Assembly: GCA_046290225.1 (NCBI GenBank)
Contig: JBKAGE010000071.1
Coordinates: forward strand, 108,480-172,479
Direction: 5' to 3'
DNA from: Bradymonadia bacterium
GTDB lineage: Bacteria; Myxococcota_A; Bradymonadia; UBA7976; UBA1532
Length of the DNA: 64,000 nt
The notes below the pieces were generated by a model, which was not told the origin of the DNA, ran no database searches, and saw nothing but the letters and a program-made list of their open reading frames with translations. The position numbers and the translations under genes were made by a program. How positions within the stretch are numbered: position 1 is the first letter of the stretch; every line of letters begins with the position of its first letter. Below are positions 39,764 to 49,860 of the stretch, piece by piece.

Positions 39764-40372
39764 TCAAGGTCTCTGCAACAAGAGCGCGTGGGCCAGCCGG
39801 CGCGTATGTGCCCCTGTGGGACCCCACAACGCATCGCCGAATGTATCGGTGCCCACCCGCATCAAATAACCACACGTGAGCTGCAGGATCGCTGCCCGGA
39901 TGGGGAAATCCGCGGGTATGGGGGGCGTCTCCACGGTGAGCAGGCTCGCCCGAAATGCCATCTCGATGGCATCGACGAGGCGGGTCATCTGCTCGAAGAC
40001 CAGCCCTCGCGCCACGCCTTGCGGGTCCATCATCTCCCGCGCCAGGGTGCGGACCAGGCCGATGTGATCTTCTGCGAAGGTGAGCAGCGCCGTCACCACC
40101 CCGTCGGTGCACTCCGTCGGTGACTGATCGATCACCACGCTCGCCTGAACCACCTCGGCCATCTGCTCGAAGGCCTTCGAGAGCACTGAGTGATACAAGC
40201 GCTCCTTGCTCTTGAAGTGATAGAGCAGCGAGGGGCGCTGGATGCCTGCTGCGGCGGCGATGTCTTCCAAGCGGGCGCCGCGATAGCCATGGGCGCCAAA
40301 GGTGTTCTCAGCGGCCCGAAGCACTCGAACCACAGTCTCTTCCGAGAATGCATTGCGGGGCGGTCGACCCAT
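39764..40372 (-). CDS. TetR/AcrR family transcriptional regulator
   Basis: ARLEDIAAAAGIQRPSLLYHFKSKERLY; TGATG overlap with purL. Confidence 0.92.
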   Translation of the reverse strand: MGRPPRNAFSEETVVRVLRAAENTFGAHGYRGARLEDIAAAAGIQRPSLLYHFKSKERLYHSVLSKAFEQMAEVVQASVVIDQSPTECTDGVVTALLTFAEDHIGLVRTLAREMMDPQGVARGLVFEQMTRLVDAIEMAFRASLLTVETPPIPADFPIRAAILQLTCGYLMRVGTDTFGDALWGPTGAHTRRLAHALLLQRP

Positions 40373-43341
40373 CAGTGGCCTCCTTCCAGGTGACCCCGCC
40401 AGGCCGTTGAGAGCGCCGCCACGTCAGTGTCCACATGGCCGTCACCACAGCGCATGCGTACCCGAGCGTCGTCGGCGATTTGCCCCACCTCGGCAAAGGG
40501 CACTCCACCGGCGGAGAGCCGACTGCGGAGCGCCTCAGCCTGCTCGGGGCGGGTGGTGATGACAAAGCGAGTGAGCGATTCGGAGAAGAGCAGGGCGCCT
40601 GCTTTCAGAGGCGTGCCCATGGGGGCGGCCCTCAGGTTGGCTCGCAGACCCATGCCGCAGGAGATGGCCATCTCGGCGAGGGCTACGGCGAGGCCGCCTT
40701 CGCTCACATCGTGACAGGCGTTGACCTCTCCCGCGAGGATGGCCTGGTGCAGCACCCGCATCTGGTCGAGGGCACCGTGCACAGGCTCGGGGGGCTGGCC
40801 GCCGAGGCTGCCGTGGTGGCGATGCCAGGCACTGCCGCCGAGGTGCTCGCCGGTGGTGCCGATGACCCACACCAGATCGCCAGAGGCTTTGGGGCAGGCC
40901 GAGATCGTCTTGGAGACATCGGGCACGATGCCCACGGCAGAGAGCAGCAGCGTGCCGGGGATGGCCACCTTGTTGCCCTCGGCGTCGGTGTACTCGTTGT
41001 TAAGGGAGTCCTTACCGCTCACGAAGGGGGTGCTGTAGGCCACGGCGGCGTCGTAGCAGCCCTGAGCGCAGCGTACGAGGGCGCCAAGACGGTCGGGCAG
41101 GCGGGGGTTGCCCCAACAGAAGTTGTCGAGGATCGCCATACGATCGGGATCAGCCCCCACAGAGACGGCATTGCGGAACGCCTCGTCGACGACGGCCCAG
41201 GCCATGTTGTAGGGGTCGAGCTTGCCGTATTCGGGGTTGATGCCCACCGACAGCGCGCAGCCGCGCTGTGTTTCGTGCTCGCCACGCCACGCCTCGAAGG
41301 GCACCAGCACTGCGGCGTCGCCATGACCGTCGTCGCCCACGAGAGGTTTGCCCACGGTGCCGCCTTGCACCTCATGGTCATAGCGGTGCACCACGTCGGC
41401 CTTGCTGCGGGTGTTGGGGTGGGCCAGGAGCGCCAGCAAGTCGGCGGTGAGGTCACCTTCAGGCTGCACTTCGGGTACAGGCAATGCCGAGGGCGCCCAC
41501 TCCGCCACCATCTCCTTACGGGGGATCCCCTTGTGCAAGAACGCGCAGTCGAAGCGACCGACCTCTCTGCCCTCACTGGTGAGGGAGAGTACCCCGTCAC
41601 CGGTGAACTCGCCGAGCACGGTGGCTTCTACGTCGACCCCTTCGCAGATGGCCATGAGGGCGTCGATGTTCGACGGAGGCACCGCCATCACCATGCGCTC
41701 CTGGGCCTCGCTGAGCCAGATCTCCCAGGGCTGCAGGCCAGGGTACTTCAGGGGGACGAGATCGAGGTTCACCGAGGCGCCGAGCTTCTCGGACATCTCG
41801 CCCACGGCCGACGACAGGCCACCGGCGCCGCAGTCGGTCACCGCGGTATAGAGCTTCTGGTCGCGGGCGACGAGCAGCGCCTCCATGACCTGCTTCTCGT
41901 GAATCGGGTGGCCGATCTGCACCGCGCTCCCCGAAACCTCGGTGGTCTGGTGGTCCATTTCCATGCTGCTGAAGGTGGCCCCACGCAAACCATCTCGACC
42001 GGTGCGGCCGCCGAGGACCACCACCTTGTCGCCGGGCATGGCCCCCTCGCCACCTGCGGCGGTGGGGTGGCTGCCCCGAGGCAAGACGCCGAGACAACCC
42101 ACATAGACGAGGGGGTTGGCGGTGTAGCCTGCGTCGTAGAGCACCCCACCGTTCACCGTGGGGATGCCCATCTTGTTGCCGTAGTCTTCCACGCCGTCGA
42201 TGACCCCAGCGGCGATGCGCTGCGGGTGCAGCACCCCCTCGGGCAGATCCTCGAAGGCCAGATCGGGCGGACCAAAGCACAAGACGTCGGTGTTGGCGAT
42301 GGGCCGGGCGCTCACCCCGAGCACGTCACGGATGACCCCACCCACGCCAGTGTTGGCACCGCCGAAGGGCTCCAGGGCCGAGGGTCGATTGTGGGTCTCG
42401 GCCTTGAAGGCGAGGTCGAGGAGGGGGCGCCCGGCGTCGTCTACCCGATCATCGGGGCCACCATCGTCGAAGGCGATGATGCCAGCGTTGTCCACGAAGG
42501 CGGAGTGCACCCAGGGCTTCGCCACATCTTTGGTGGCCTTGCGGATGTAGTCGTTGAGCAGCCCGTCGACGATGAGGGGCTCACCGACAACTACTCCGTC
42601 GGCGTCGCGCTCGGTATAGGTGATACGGGCGCGGAAGGTCTTGTGCACGCAGTGCTCCGACCATGTCTGGGCGAAGGTCTCCAGCTCGACGTCGGTGGGG
42701 GCACGATCGAGGGCGCGGTAGTGCCCTTGAAGGGCCTGCATCTCCTTGAGGTCGAGAGACAGACGTCGCTCGGCGCTCACGGCCAGCAGACCCTCGTCGT
42801 CGAGATCGGCGAGAGCCACATGCTCCACGATGCCGGTGGGCCCCGTGCTCACGAAGCCCAGTGGGGGCTTCACCGGAGCGTTGATGGCGAGGCTCTCCAC
42901 CACCTCGTTGGCCAGCAGCCCCCGGGCGATGCGGCGGACCACCTCTTCGGTGAGCTCGCCCTCAAGCAAGTAGCGTCGACCTGTAGCGGCACCTTGCAGC
43001 ACCTCGAAGCCGGCGAGGCGCTCTCCTTCGAGCAAGCTCTCTGCCTGAGCATCAGTGACGCCAGGCAAACAGACCACCTCGACGCTCCATTGCCCAGGTT
43101 CGAGAGCGGTCTGTGTAGCAGTGCGTATGCCCTCTTGAACCACCGGATCCCAGAGAAGCTCTCTGGCCATGGCGTCCACCTGAGTCAGGTCGGCATCGTC
43201 ATCAGTTTGCAAGAAGAAGACATCACCTACAGTGATACGGGTGAGCCCCGAGACACCGAGCTGAGCGATCTGCGCGGCGAGGGCGGGCCCTCGGGGATCT
43301 GTGTGGCCAGGGCGGGCAGAGACATCGAAGCGATGGATCAT
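40372..43341 (-). CDS. purL: Phosphoribosylformylglycinamidine synthase subunit PurL with N-terminal PurS-like domains
   Basis: QTWSEHCVHK, KAETHNRPS, GGRTGRDG, DCGAGGLSS, SEAQERM, SGKDSLNN, CHDVSEGGL. No glutaminase domain. Confidence 0.96.
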   Translation of the reverse strand: MIHRFDVSARPGHTDPRGPALAAQIAQLGVSGLTRITVGDVFFLQTDDDADLTQVDAMARELLWDPVVQEGIRTATQTALEPGQWSVEVVCLPGVTDAQAESLLEGERLAGFEVLQGAATGRRYLLEGELTEEVVRRIARGLLANEVVESLAINAPVKPPLGFVSTGPTGIVEHVALADLDDEGLLAVSAERRLSLDLKEMQALQGHYRALDRAPTDVELETFAQTWSEHCVHKTFRARITYTERDADGVVVGEPLIVDGLLNDYIRKATKDVAKPWVHSAFVDNAGIIAFDDGGPDDRVDDAGRPLLDLAFKAETHNRPSALEPFGGANTGVGGVIRDVLGVSARPIANTDVLCFGPPDLAFEDLPEGVLHPQRIAAGVIDGVEDYGNKMGIPTVNGGVLYDAGYTANPLVYVGCLGVLPRGSHPTAAGGEGAMPGDKVVVLGGRTGRDGLRGATFSSMEMDHQTTEVSGSAVQIGHPIHEKQVMEALLVARDQKLYTAVTDCGAGGLSSAVGEMSEKLGASVNLDLVPLKYPGLQPWEIWLSEAQERMVMAVPPSNIDALMAICEGVDVEATVLGEFTGDGVLSLTSEGREVGRFDCAFLHKGIPRKEMVAEWAPSALPVPEVQPEGDLTADLLALLAHPNTRSKADVVHRYDHEVQGGTVGKPLVGDDGHGDAAVLVPFEAWRGEHETQRGCALSVGINPEYGKLDPYNMAWAVVDEAFRNAVSVGADPDRMAILDNFCWGNPRLPDRLGALVRCAQGCYDAAVAYSTPFVSGKDSLNNEYTDAEGNKVAIPGTLLLSAVGIVPDVSKTISACPKASGDLVWVIGTTGEHLGGSAWHRHHGSLGGQPPEPVHGALDQMRVLHQAILAGEVNACHDVSEGGLAVALAEMAISCGMGLRANLRAAPMGTPLKAGALLFSESLTRFVITTRPEQAEALRSRLSAGGVPFAEVGQIADDARVRMRCGDGHVDTDVAALSTAWRGHLEGGH

Positions 43342-43426
43342 GGGGGTGGCCTCCCATTTGGGCTTTGGGGGGCTTTTACCTGATCCGAGGCGCAAAGGCG
43401 ACTGCGGCGCGCCGTATGATCAGTCT

Positions 43427-44464
43427 CTACTTTTTCTTGGCGGCTTCGGCCTTTCGCTTCGCCGCTTCTTTGGCCCTCGCGGCGTCTCTGGCCTGTGTCT
43501 TGGCGAGGGCTGCCTTGGCCTCGGCGAGGGCTTTCAGGGTGGGCTTGTTCCCCGGGCGCAGAGCCAGCGACGCCTCGAAATACTTCACGGCTTCGGCGTA
43601 GTACTCGCTGTATTCACCGCTCTCCAGCGCCACCTTGCCGGCGTTGTAGAGGATCATGGCCTTCTTCTTGGGGTTGCTCTGAACCGCTGCTGCTGCCGAC
43701 AGAACGTCAGCGGCGGCGAAGTCACCCGTCTTCATCAGCGCGAAGCCCAACTTGCCAGTAGCGCTTGCGTCCCCAGGCTTGAACATCAAGGCGTCGATGA
43801 AGTGCCGCGTGGCCACGTCGTAGGCCTGGGCCTTCAACTCCACGAGGCCTGCCTGGTAGTGGCTCTGGTAGCTGCCCTTGGCGTCGTCGGTCTTCTCTTC
43901 GAAGCTTGTGACCTTGATGTGCTCGCGCTGTTCGACGAGCTTGCCGTTCTTCATGCCCCAGCGCTCAATGAAGAGCAGACTCGGGCAGCAGGCGCCATCT
44001 GCAGAGAGGGCGGACATGCGGCTCAGCTCAATGGCTTTGTCCTTGGGCCGGGCCTTGATGTTGGCCACGCCGCCATCTCCTCGATCGCCGCCAGGCAGTC
44101 TGCCGATCTGCTTGGGCTTCCCCTTGTCGTCGGCAGCGTAGATGTTGACCGCATCGAATCGACCTGTGCCCCCACCCCAATAGTTCAGGTGCACCGCCGC
44201 CTCTTCCACACCGTCGCCATCAAGATCGGCATACACCACCCCGTGCAAGCTCAAAGACTCGGAGTAGTCAATCTCGTCACCTGTCATGTGATCCATCGCC
44301 CACTCACCGTTCTTGAGGGTGGTGCCTCCCTTAGGTCCGTCGGCGTGGGTGTAGGTGTGGTTCTTCCAGTCCACCTTGCGCAATGCCTGAGCATCGGGCT
44401 TGGCCCAGGCAGCGGTGGCAAGCACGGTGAGCGCGGCAGAGATGATCAAAGGCGAGCGGTGCAT
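43427..44464 (-). CDS. Secreted protein with a beta-rich N-terminal domain and C-terminal TPR repeats
   Basis: GAGGAGG RBS, signal peptide, ADLDGDGVEEA, D..CCPS motif, TPR-like helices (AMILYNAG, YFEASLALRP). Confidence 0.78.
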   Translation of the reverse strand: MHRSPLIISAALTVLATAAWAKPDAQALRKVDWKNHTYTHADGPKGGTTLKNGEWAMDHMTGDEIDYSESLSLHGVVYADLDGDGVEEAAVHLNYWGGGTGRFDAVNIYAADDKGKPKQIGRLPGGDRGDGGVANIKARPKDKAIELSRMSALSADGACCPSLLFIERWGMKNGKLVEQREHIKVTSFEEKTDDAKGSYQSHYQAGLVELKAQAYDVATRHFIDALMFKPGDASATGKLGFALMKTGDFAAADVLSAAAAVQSNPKKKAMILYNAGKVALESGEYSEYYAEAVKYFEASLALRPGNKPTLKALAEAKAALAKTQARDAARAKEAAKRKAEAAKKK

Positions 44465-44712
44465 GGGTTCCCTCCTCATCGAATGCATCATTCGAAATCG
44501 CATCATCCTGCAGATACACACTCCAGGCGCCATTTTTATTCTCTGCCCCCACGGAACTCAGCTGCCTGAATGCTGGGATGATAGCCCATAATGTGGTGTT
44601 TTGTCGGCTTGTGTGTGCCGATTCGGAACGCATTGAGAATTCTGGGTTTTGTTATGAGATGTCTCCTCGAGATCTCGGGTCATAGGAGGGCAACCCAAGA
44701 GGAGAAGACGAC

Positions 44713-45825
44713 ATGAGAGAGCGTCGAGGACAGCCATTCATCACCGCACTGATCGCCACTCTGTCTCTATGGGGGTGCGATGACGACAGCAACAGCGACA
44801 GCACCGGAGGTGCAGGGGGCGAGCCCGTGGCCGGCGCAGGGGGTGCTGGCGCGGAGGCTGGGGCTGGAGGTGAAGCTGGGCGTGGCGGTGAGCCCATGGC
44901 TGGCGGTGGAGGTGAAGCAGGGGCTGGGGGTATGGGTGGTGAGCCTGAGGGCGGCGCTGGGGGCGAGCCCATGGGCGGTCTGGGCGGTATGCCCGTCGGA
45001 GGCATGCCCGAGGGTGGATCTGGTGGGATGCCTGAAGGCGGCGCTGGTGGTGAGCCCATGGGAGGCGAAGGGGGTGATCCTGTGGGTGGTGAAGGCGGTA
45101 TGGGCGGTGAGCCCATGGGAGGGATGCCCGAAGGCGGCGCTGGCGGTGAGCCCATGGGGGGGATGCCCATGGGTGGTGAGGGCGGTATGGGGGGCGCGGG
45201 TGGTGGAGAGCCAATGGAGGTCGAGCTCGTCGATCGGCCAGCGACATTCGCTCTCAATGATGAGTTCTCCAAGCTCGCCCACGAGTCCGACCGATTTGGC
45301 GAGATCACATATGGATACAGCGCCGATGCCTTCACCCTCGACGCACCCACTACCCTTTTGAACGCCGAGTTCTTCGGTGAGTACCAGTCAGGCTTCTATC
45401 GCGAGTTGCCGGGATTCAGCATCTATATCTTTGCCAACGGCGAGGGTGATGTACCCGATGGCAACCCCGCCAACGGCGAGCCGCTCGTGCGGCTGGAGCG
45501 GATCCAGTCAGGGCAAGGGGCATCGGGCATCGAACTCGAAGATGATGGGTACAACGTGCAGGTGGACTTCACCGTGGCCAATGAGGGGGTGCCCGTTGCA
45601 CTGCCGCCAGGAGACTATTGGATGGTGGCTGCTGTGTACGGACCCGATGCTGGCGCGGGTGATCCCACCCTCTCGTGGTTCTGGCGCTTCTCGCCGTTCG
45701 AGGCGCCCTACACCCCGCAATATGCATCCAACCAGAGCCCCGCGTGGGTCCCTGTTGTGAACTTCCGATCTGATCGCGCCGCCGAAGCCATGGCCTGGAC
45801 GATGATGGGCGAGGTTGTGGAATGA
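44713..45825 (+). CDS. Lipoprotein with a Gly/Met/Pro-rich repeat linker and C-terminal beta-sandwich domain
   Basis: GAGGAG RBS, LWGC lipobox, repeated GGEPMGG / GGMPEGG. Confidence 0.82.
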   Translation: MRERRGQPFITALIATLSLWGCDDDSNSDSTGGAGGEPVAGAGGAGAEAGAGGEAGRGGEPMAGGGGEAGAGGMGGEPEGGAGGEPMGGLGGMPVGGMPEGGSGGMPEGGAGGEPMGGEGGDPVGGEGGMGGEPMGGMPEGGAGGEPMGGMPMGGEGGMGGAGGGEPMEVELVDRPATFALNDEFSKLAHESDRFGEITYGYSADAFTLDAPTTLLNAEFFGEYQSGFYRELPGFSIYIFANGEGDVPDGNPANGEPLVRLERIQSGQGASGIELEDDGYNVQVDFTVANEGVPVALPPGDYWMVAAVYGPDAGAGDPTLSWFWRFSPFEAPYTPQYASNQSPAWVPVVNFRSDRAAEAMAWTMMGEVVE

Positions 45826-45828
45826 TGA

Positions 45829-45848
45829 TGTTTGCGTATACGCAAACA
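45829..45848. promoter_or_regulatory. Perfect 20-bp palindrome, probable operator
   Basis: TGTTTGCGTATACGCAAACA, about 85 bp upstream of the NmrA-like gene. Confidence 0.6.
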
Positions 45849-45933
45849 ATGTTCGCCATCAATCCTGTTTTTGTGCGTGAGTGAAATCGTCAGTCTCGGT
45901 GGTGCGTCAACGACAACACACCGGAGACACACG

Positions 45934-46761
45934 ATGCACACCGAACATCTCACCCTCATCACCGGCGCCAACGGCAAGACCGGCCGCCGCGTCACCGACC
46001 GTCTCACTGCTGCAGGCCATACTGTGCGCAAGGGCTCCCGCAGCGGCACCCCTGCCTTCGACTGGCTCGATGTCGAGACCTGGAGCGCAGCCCTCGAGGG
46101 CGTCACTCAGGTCTACATCACCTTCCAGCCTGACCTGGCGTACCCTGGGGCCAAAGACATCATCGAGCGGTTCTGTGCCTTGGCCGTGAGCTATGGCGTA
46201 GAGCGATTGGTGTTGCTCTCGGGTCGTGGAGAGCCCGCCGCTCAGGCCTGCGAGCGAGTGGTCCAGCGGTCAGGGGCTCGGTGGTGCATCGTCCGGGCGA
46301 GCTGGTTCATGGAGAACTTCAGCGAGGGGCACTTTCTGGGCCCTGTGCGCTCAGGCACCCTTGCACTACCAGTCGCGGCAGAAGTGAAAGAGCCCTTTGT
46401 CAGCGTCGATGATATTGCGGATATCGTCGCAGCGGCCCTCACGGGTGATCGGCACGATGGAGCGTTGTACGAGGTCACCGGCACCCGGCTCGTCACCTTC
46501 ACCGAGGCCATGGCCGAGATCTCGGAGGCTGCCGGTCGAGACATCGGGTATGCGCAGATCCCCGAGGCTGTATTTCAGCAGGGGATGATCGCATCGGGTG
46601 CGCCGGCGCCCCTCGCCGAGTTCCTGTGTGAGCTCTTCGGCATGGTCCTCGACGGCCGCAATGCCCACCTCACTGACGGTGTTCAGCGCGCTCTGGGGCG
46701 CCCCGCTCGCGACTTCATCGACTTTGCGCGAGAGGCCGGCGACGCGTGGAGGGTGTCATGA
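45934..46761 (+). CDS. NmrA-like NAD(P)H-binding protein (atypical SDR)
   Basis: ITGANGKTGRRV Rossmann motif, LLSGRGE, WFMENFSE; GGAG RBS. Confidence 0.9.
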   Translation: MHTEHLTLITGANGKTGRRVTDRLTAAGHTVRKGSRSGTPAFDWLDVETWSAALEGVTQVYITFQPDLAYPGAKDIIERFCALAVSYGVERLVLLSGRGEPAAQACERVVQRSGARWCIVRASWFMENFSEGHFLGPVRSGTLALPVAAEVKEPFVSVDDIADIVAAALTGDRHDGALYEVTGTRLVTFTEAMAEISEAAGRDIGYAQIPEAVFQQGMIASGAPAPLAEFLCELFGMVLDGRNAHLTDGVQRALGRPARDFIDFAREAGDAWRVS

Positions 46762-47231
46762 GCCCTGACCTGATGACCGGTGCCCTCACGGTGAGTGCTG
46801 TGGCTGCAGCTCTCTCTGGGGGTATGACCCTGGCCTTCTCGAACTTCATCATGGGGGCCTTCGACCGGCTACCGGCGAGCCAGGCCGTAGAGGCGATGCA
46901 GCACATCAACGAGACCGTGCTCAATCCGCTGTTTCTCGCGATCTTCATCGGCACTGGCTTCGCCACCACCGCCCTGGCCATTCTCTGCGCCTTCACCCTG
47001 GGGGTCGATGGTCGTTGGGGGCTGGTGGTGGGCGCCGCCCTCTATATGGTGGGTGTCGTCGGAGTCACCGCCGCAGGCAATGTGCCCCTCAACAATCGCC
47101 TGGCCGAGGTGGAGCTCGTCGCTGCCACCCCTGAGGTCTGGTCGGCATACGCCAGGCCCTGGGTGTTCTGGAACCATGTACGGACTGTGGCCGCGGCAAT
47201 TGCCTCGGCGGCCTTCGTCCTTGCTGCCTGA
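46758..47231 (+). CDS. DUF1772 / anthrone oxygenase family membrane protein
   Basis: AFSNFIM...AMQHIN, GNVPLNNRL, WVFWNHVRT; ATGA overlap with the upstream gene. Confidence 0.9.
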   Translation: MSPDLMTGALTVSAVAAALSGGMTLAFSNFIMGAFDRLPASQAVEAMQHINETVLNPLFLAIFIGTGFATTALAILCAFTLGVDGRWGLVVGAALYMVGVVGVTAAGNVPLNNRLAEVELVAATPEVWSAYARPWVFWNHVRTVAAAIASAAFVLAA

Positions 47232-47309
47232 GCGGACGAGAGGAGGCCGCCATGGTGGTGTTGTGGGTAATGTGTGAGCAGGCTGTGGCCCGCGTTCAGG
47301 GCATCTGGA

Positions 47310-49754
47310 TCAAATGTAGGGTGTCCAGCTCGGTCGGATGACGAGGAACTCGCTGGGTCTGAGGCCCACGCCCTTCGCCATGGCCTTGAGCTGCTTGCTC
47401 GTCGGCGGGCTGACCCTGGCGCCGCTCGAATGCATCAGAGCGGGCATGACCGTAGCCAGCCGGCGAGCTTGAGGTGCCTTCGACAACGCCTCCATGAGGG
47501 CTTCTCGGTGATCCTGCAGCCGATCGGCCTCGATTTGCAGTGTGGTCAGCTGAGGCAGCGCTTCGAGGAGCCCGTCGAGATCGTCGAATTCTTCCAACGC
47601 CAGTGGCCAGAACAGGCCCAGCAGGCATCGCCTCAGGCGCTCGGGCATCGCCTGCACCAGAGGGGCAAGTCGATCGAGGGGCTCGGCGTCTCCGTACCCT
47701 TTCACCAGACGCGACACCTGTACGCGATCCTCAGCGAGCATCGACTGCACCGCGCTCCACTTCATGTCGGGCTCGATCTCAAGGGTGCTGCCGAAGGCCC
47801 GGGCGTACACGCCGGCCTTCAGGAGCGCGCGGTTCAGGGCTTCGTCTTCACACACCACCACCACGGGGCGGGCGTTGCTCAGCCACTTCACCATGGGTTC
47901 GAGCAGGTCCTCGAGTGGATCATCTACATAAGAGACCCGCACGGCGAGGCGGCGAAGGTTGGCCCATCGCGGTTGAGCCACCTTCGGTGGTGCTTTGGAG
48001 AACAGCCGCGGCTGCAGTCTCACGTCGAGCGAGACCACATGATCGAGATCGTCTCGCTGGAGCATGGCGTCGAAGGTGTCTTGCTCCTCAAGTTCGAGCT
48101 CTGCTTCGGCACAATCGAGGGCGTCGTATCCCGTGAACTTCATGGCCCAGGTCCAGAACGGGTGCTCCGGGAGGGCCGTGCCCAGCACCCCAGCCTTCGC
48201 CAGATGGTCGGCGATGCCTGCGCGTACCTCCTGCTGCTTGCCATTCACGAAGGTGGTTCGGGGCTGAATGGCTTCGTGCAGTGCAGTCAGGCCTTTGAGA
48301 AAGCCTTTCTGGGTGCCGTAGGTGTCCACCTGTATCTGGGTCAGGCCAGCGAGGTGAGGTGACTCTGCGAGGGCCTCGCACCACACACCGGCCGATTTGG
48401 CGTTGTCGCCCACGAACCCTGAGGTGATGTTCAGCGTGCGCACCAGGTCGAGGCGAGGATCCCGATCGGTCTGGTGATAGAACGCCAGCCAGCGGCGGGG
48501 GCAAATCCGCACAGCTTCAGGCCAAGTCTCCAGCGCTCGATTCAGCTCGGCGAGTCCGTCAGCGTCTCCCTGAAGTGCCAGGGCGTCTGCCACACCCGTG
48601 ACCACCTCCCAGGCCTCGTCGGAGGCCCAGTCGAACAGTGCGCCATCGGTCCAATGGAGATCTCCAGCTGCGCGGCGAGCATCTTCGCCCTCGGCGAGGG
48701 CTACGGCGGTGGTGCGCAGCGGCATGGTGTCGTGGATGGGATGAGTCTCCACCTGCACACCGTGGGCCGTCAGCGTCTCGATGACGTCATCGCTCACTGC
48801 GCCGGTGAATGCCAGTGTGTTCAGGTTGGCCGTGAGTCCGCTGTGTATCAGAGCCTTCTCGAGGGTGATCCGGCCAGAGCGCCCTACGAAGCGCAGTCCG
48901 CGGGGCAGGACGGAGTGCACCGTCTTCAACGCCGAGGGTCGCTCAGGCCCCAGGCGACGATAGAGGGCCAGAAACACCTCTGCCTGGTCGCTGTGCAGGG
49001 TGAGCGTCTCTACGCGATCCCAGACCGAGGCCGAGGCGAGGGCGGTCGCCGCCGCCCGGGTGTCTGCGGCGAGGTTTTCATAGTACGGGCTGAGCTGCAC
49101 CTGCAGAGTGCGCAGCGCCTCCAGGCCGGAGCCGACTGTTTTGAGCAGTTGCAGGTCGGCGAGTCCCCAGACCTGCACCGTGGTCAAGTCTCTGGCCCAT
49201 GGGGCGGTGAGATAGGCCTCTGAGTGGCTGCAGAACAAGCAGAGGTGGCGCAGGCTGTCGAAGACCGTGGACTTGGGCAGGATGTCGGCGATCCGATCGC
49301 CTTCCTTGATCAGCAGCGTGTGTACCTGACGCATCAGATCAGCCCTGGCCATGGCCTGAAAGAAGGCCGCCTTGAGCCGGGTAGAAGAGTTCGACTCACC
49401 GATGTCGAAGACCTCGAGGTTGGGCAACTGGTCGGTGGCGAAGATGCGCTGTGCGGTGGCGGAGGGGATCCGGCTGTAGTGAAACGAGAGGGCGCGGACG
49501 ATGCGGTACTTGGGGCTCTTGTGTCCCTTCACCAGGGCCTCGAGCCATCGCGCCGGAGCCCGTCGCAGCTCACCGGCTGCTTCGGTGAACGGATCGAGGG
49601 GCCGCCATTGATCCAGCAGAGGCTCCACAGCCTCGAGGGCGGCGTCGAGATCAGCCCCGCTGTATTGCTCGAGCGCCTCGGTGAGAGCGCTCCAGTGGGC
49701 TGCGCTGGGGGTCGTGGCGAGGGTCTCGAGTCGGGCGAGCTGAGTCAGAGTCAT
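47310..49754 (-). CDS. Hypothetical protein with degenerate LRRs and a duplicated helical cap module
   Basis: 814-aa ORF; LRR-like LPNLEVFDI, LRHLCL, LPQLTTLQI; internal repeat RRAPARWL / RICPRRWL. Confidence 0.7.
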   Translation of the reverse strand: MTLTQLARLETLATTPSAAHWSALTEALEQYSGADLDAALEAVEPLLDQWRPLDPFTEAAGELRRAPARWLEALVKGHKSPKYRIVRALSFHYSRIPSATAQRIFATDQLPNLEVFDIGESNSSTRLKAAFFQAMARADLMRQVHTLLIKEGDRIADILPKSTVFDSLRHLCLFCSHSEAYLTAPWARDLTTVQVWGLADLQLLKTVGSGLEALRTLQVQLSPYYENLAADTRAAATALASASVWDRVETLTLHSDQAEVFLALYRRLGPERPSALKTVHSVLPRGLRFVGRSGRITLEKALIHSGLTANLNTLAFTGAVSDDVIETLTAHGVQVETHPIHDTMPLRTTAVALAEGEDARRAAGDLHWTDGALFDWASDEAWEVVTGVADALALQGDADGLAELNRALETWPEAVRICPRRWLAFYHQTDRDPRLDLVRTLNITSGFVGDNAKSAGVWCEALAESPHLAGLTQIQVDTYGTQKGFLKGLTALHEAIQPRTTFVNGKQQEVRAGIADHLAKAGVLGTALPEHPFWTWAMKFTGYDALDCAEAELELEEQDTFDAMLQRDDLDHVVSLDVRLQPRLFSKAPPKVAQPRWANLRRLAVRVSYVDDPLEDLLEPMVKWLSNARPVVVVCEDEALNRALLKAGVYARAFGSTLEIEPDMKWSAVQSMLAEDRVQVSRLVKGYGDAEPLDRLAPLVQAMPERLRRCLLGLFWPLALEEFDDLDGLLEALPQLTTLQIEADRLQDHREALMEALSKAPQARRLATVMPALMHSSGARVSPPTSKQLKAMAKGVGLRPSEFLVIRPSWTPYI

Positions 49755-49860
49755 CTGGAATCGCCTGTCAGGTTGAGGTGCGGGGCCGCATCTTCAACGG
49801 GCTCATCTTCCAAATCCACCCTGCACACTCGGTGAGTATCCACAACAGCATGGCATCACC

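Noticed and set aside
40435..43383. 982-aa plus-strand ORF opposite purL
   Set aside because: Antisense shadow of a conserved gene.
44806..45220. Tandem GGTGAGCCCATGGG-like DNA repeats
   Set aside because: Explained by the GGEPMGG peptide linker of the lipoprotein; not a non-coding array.
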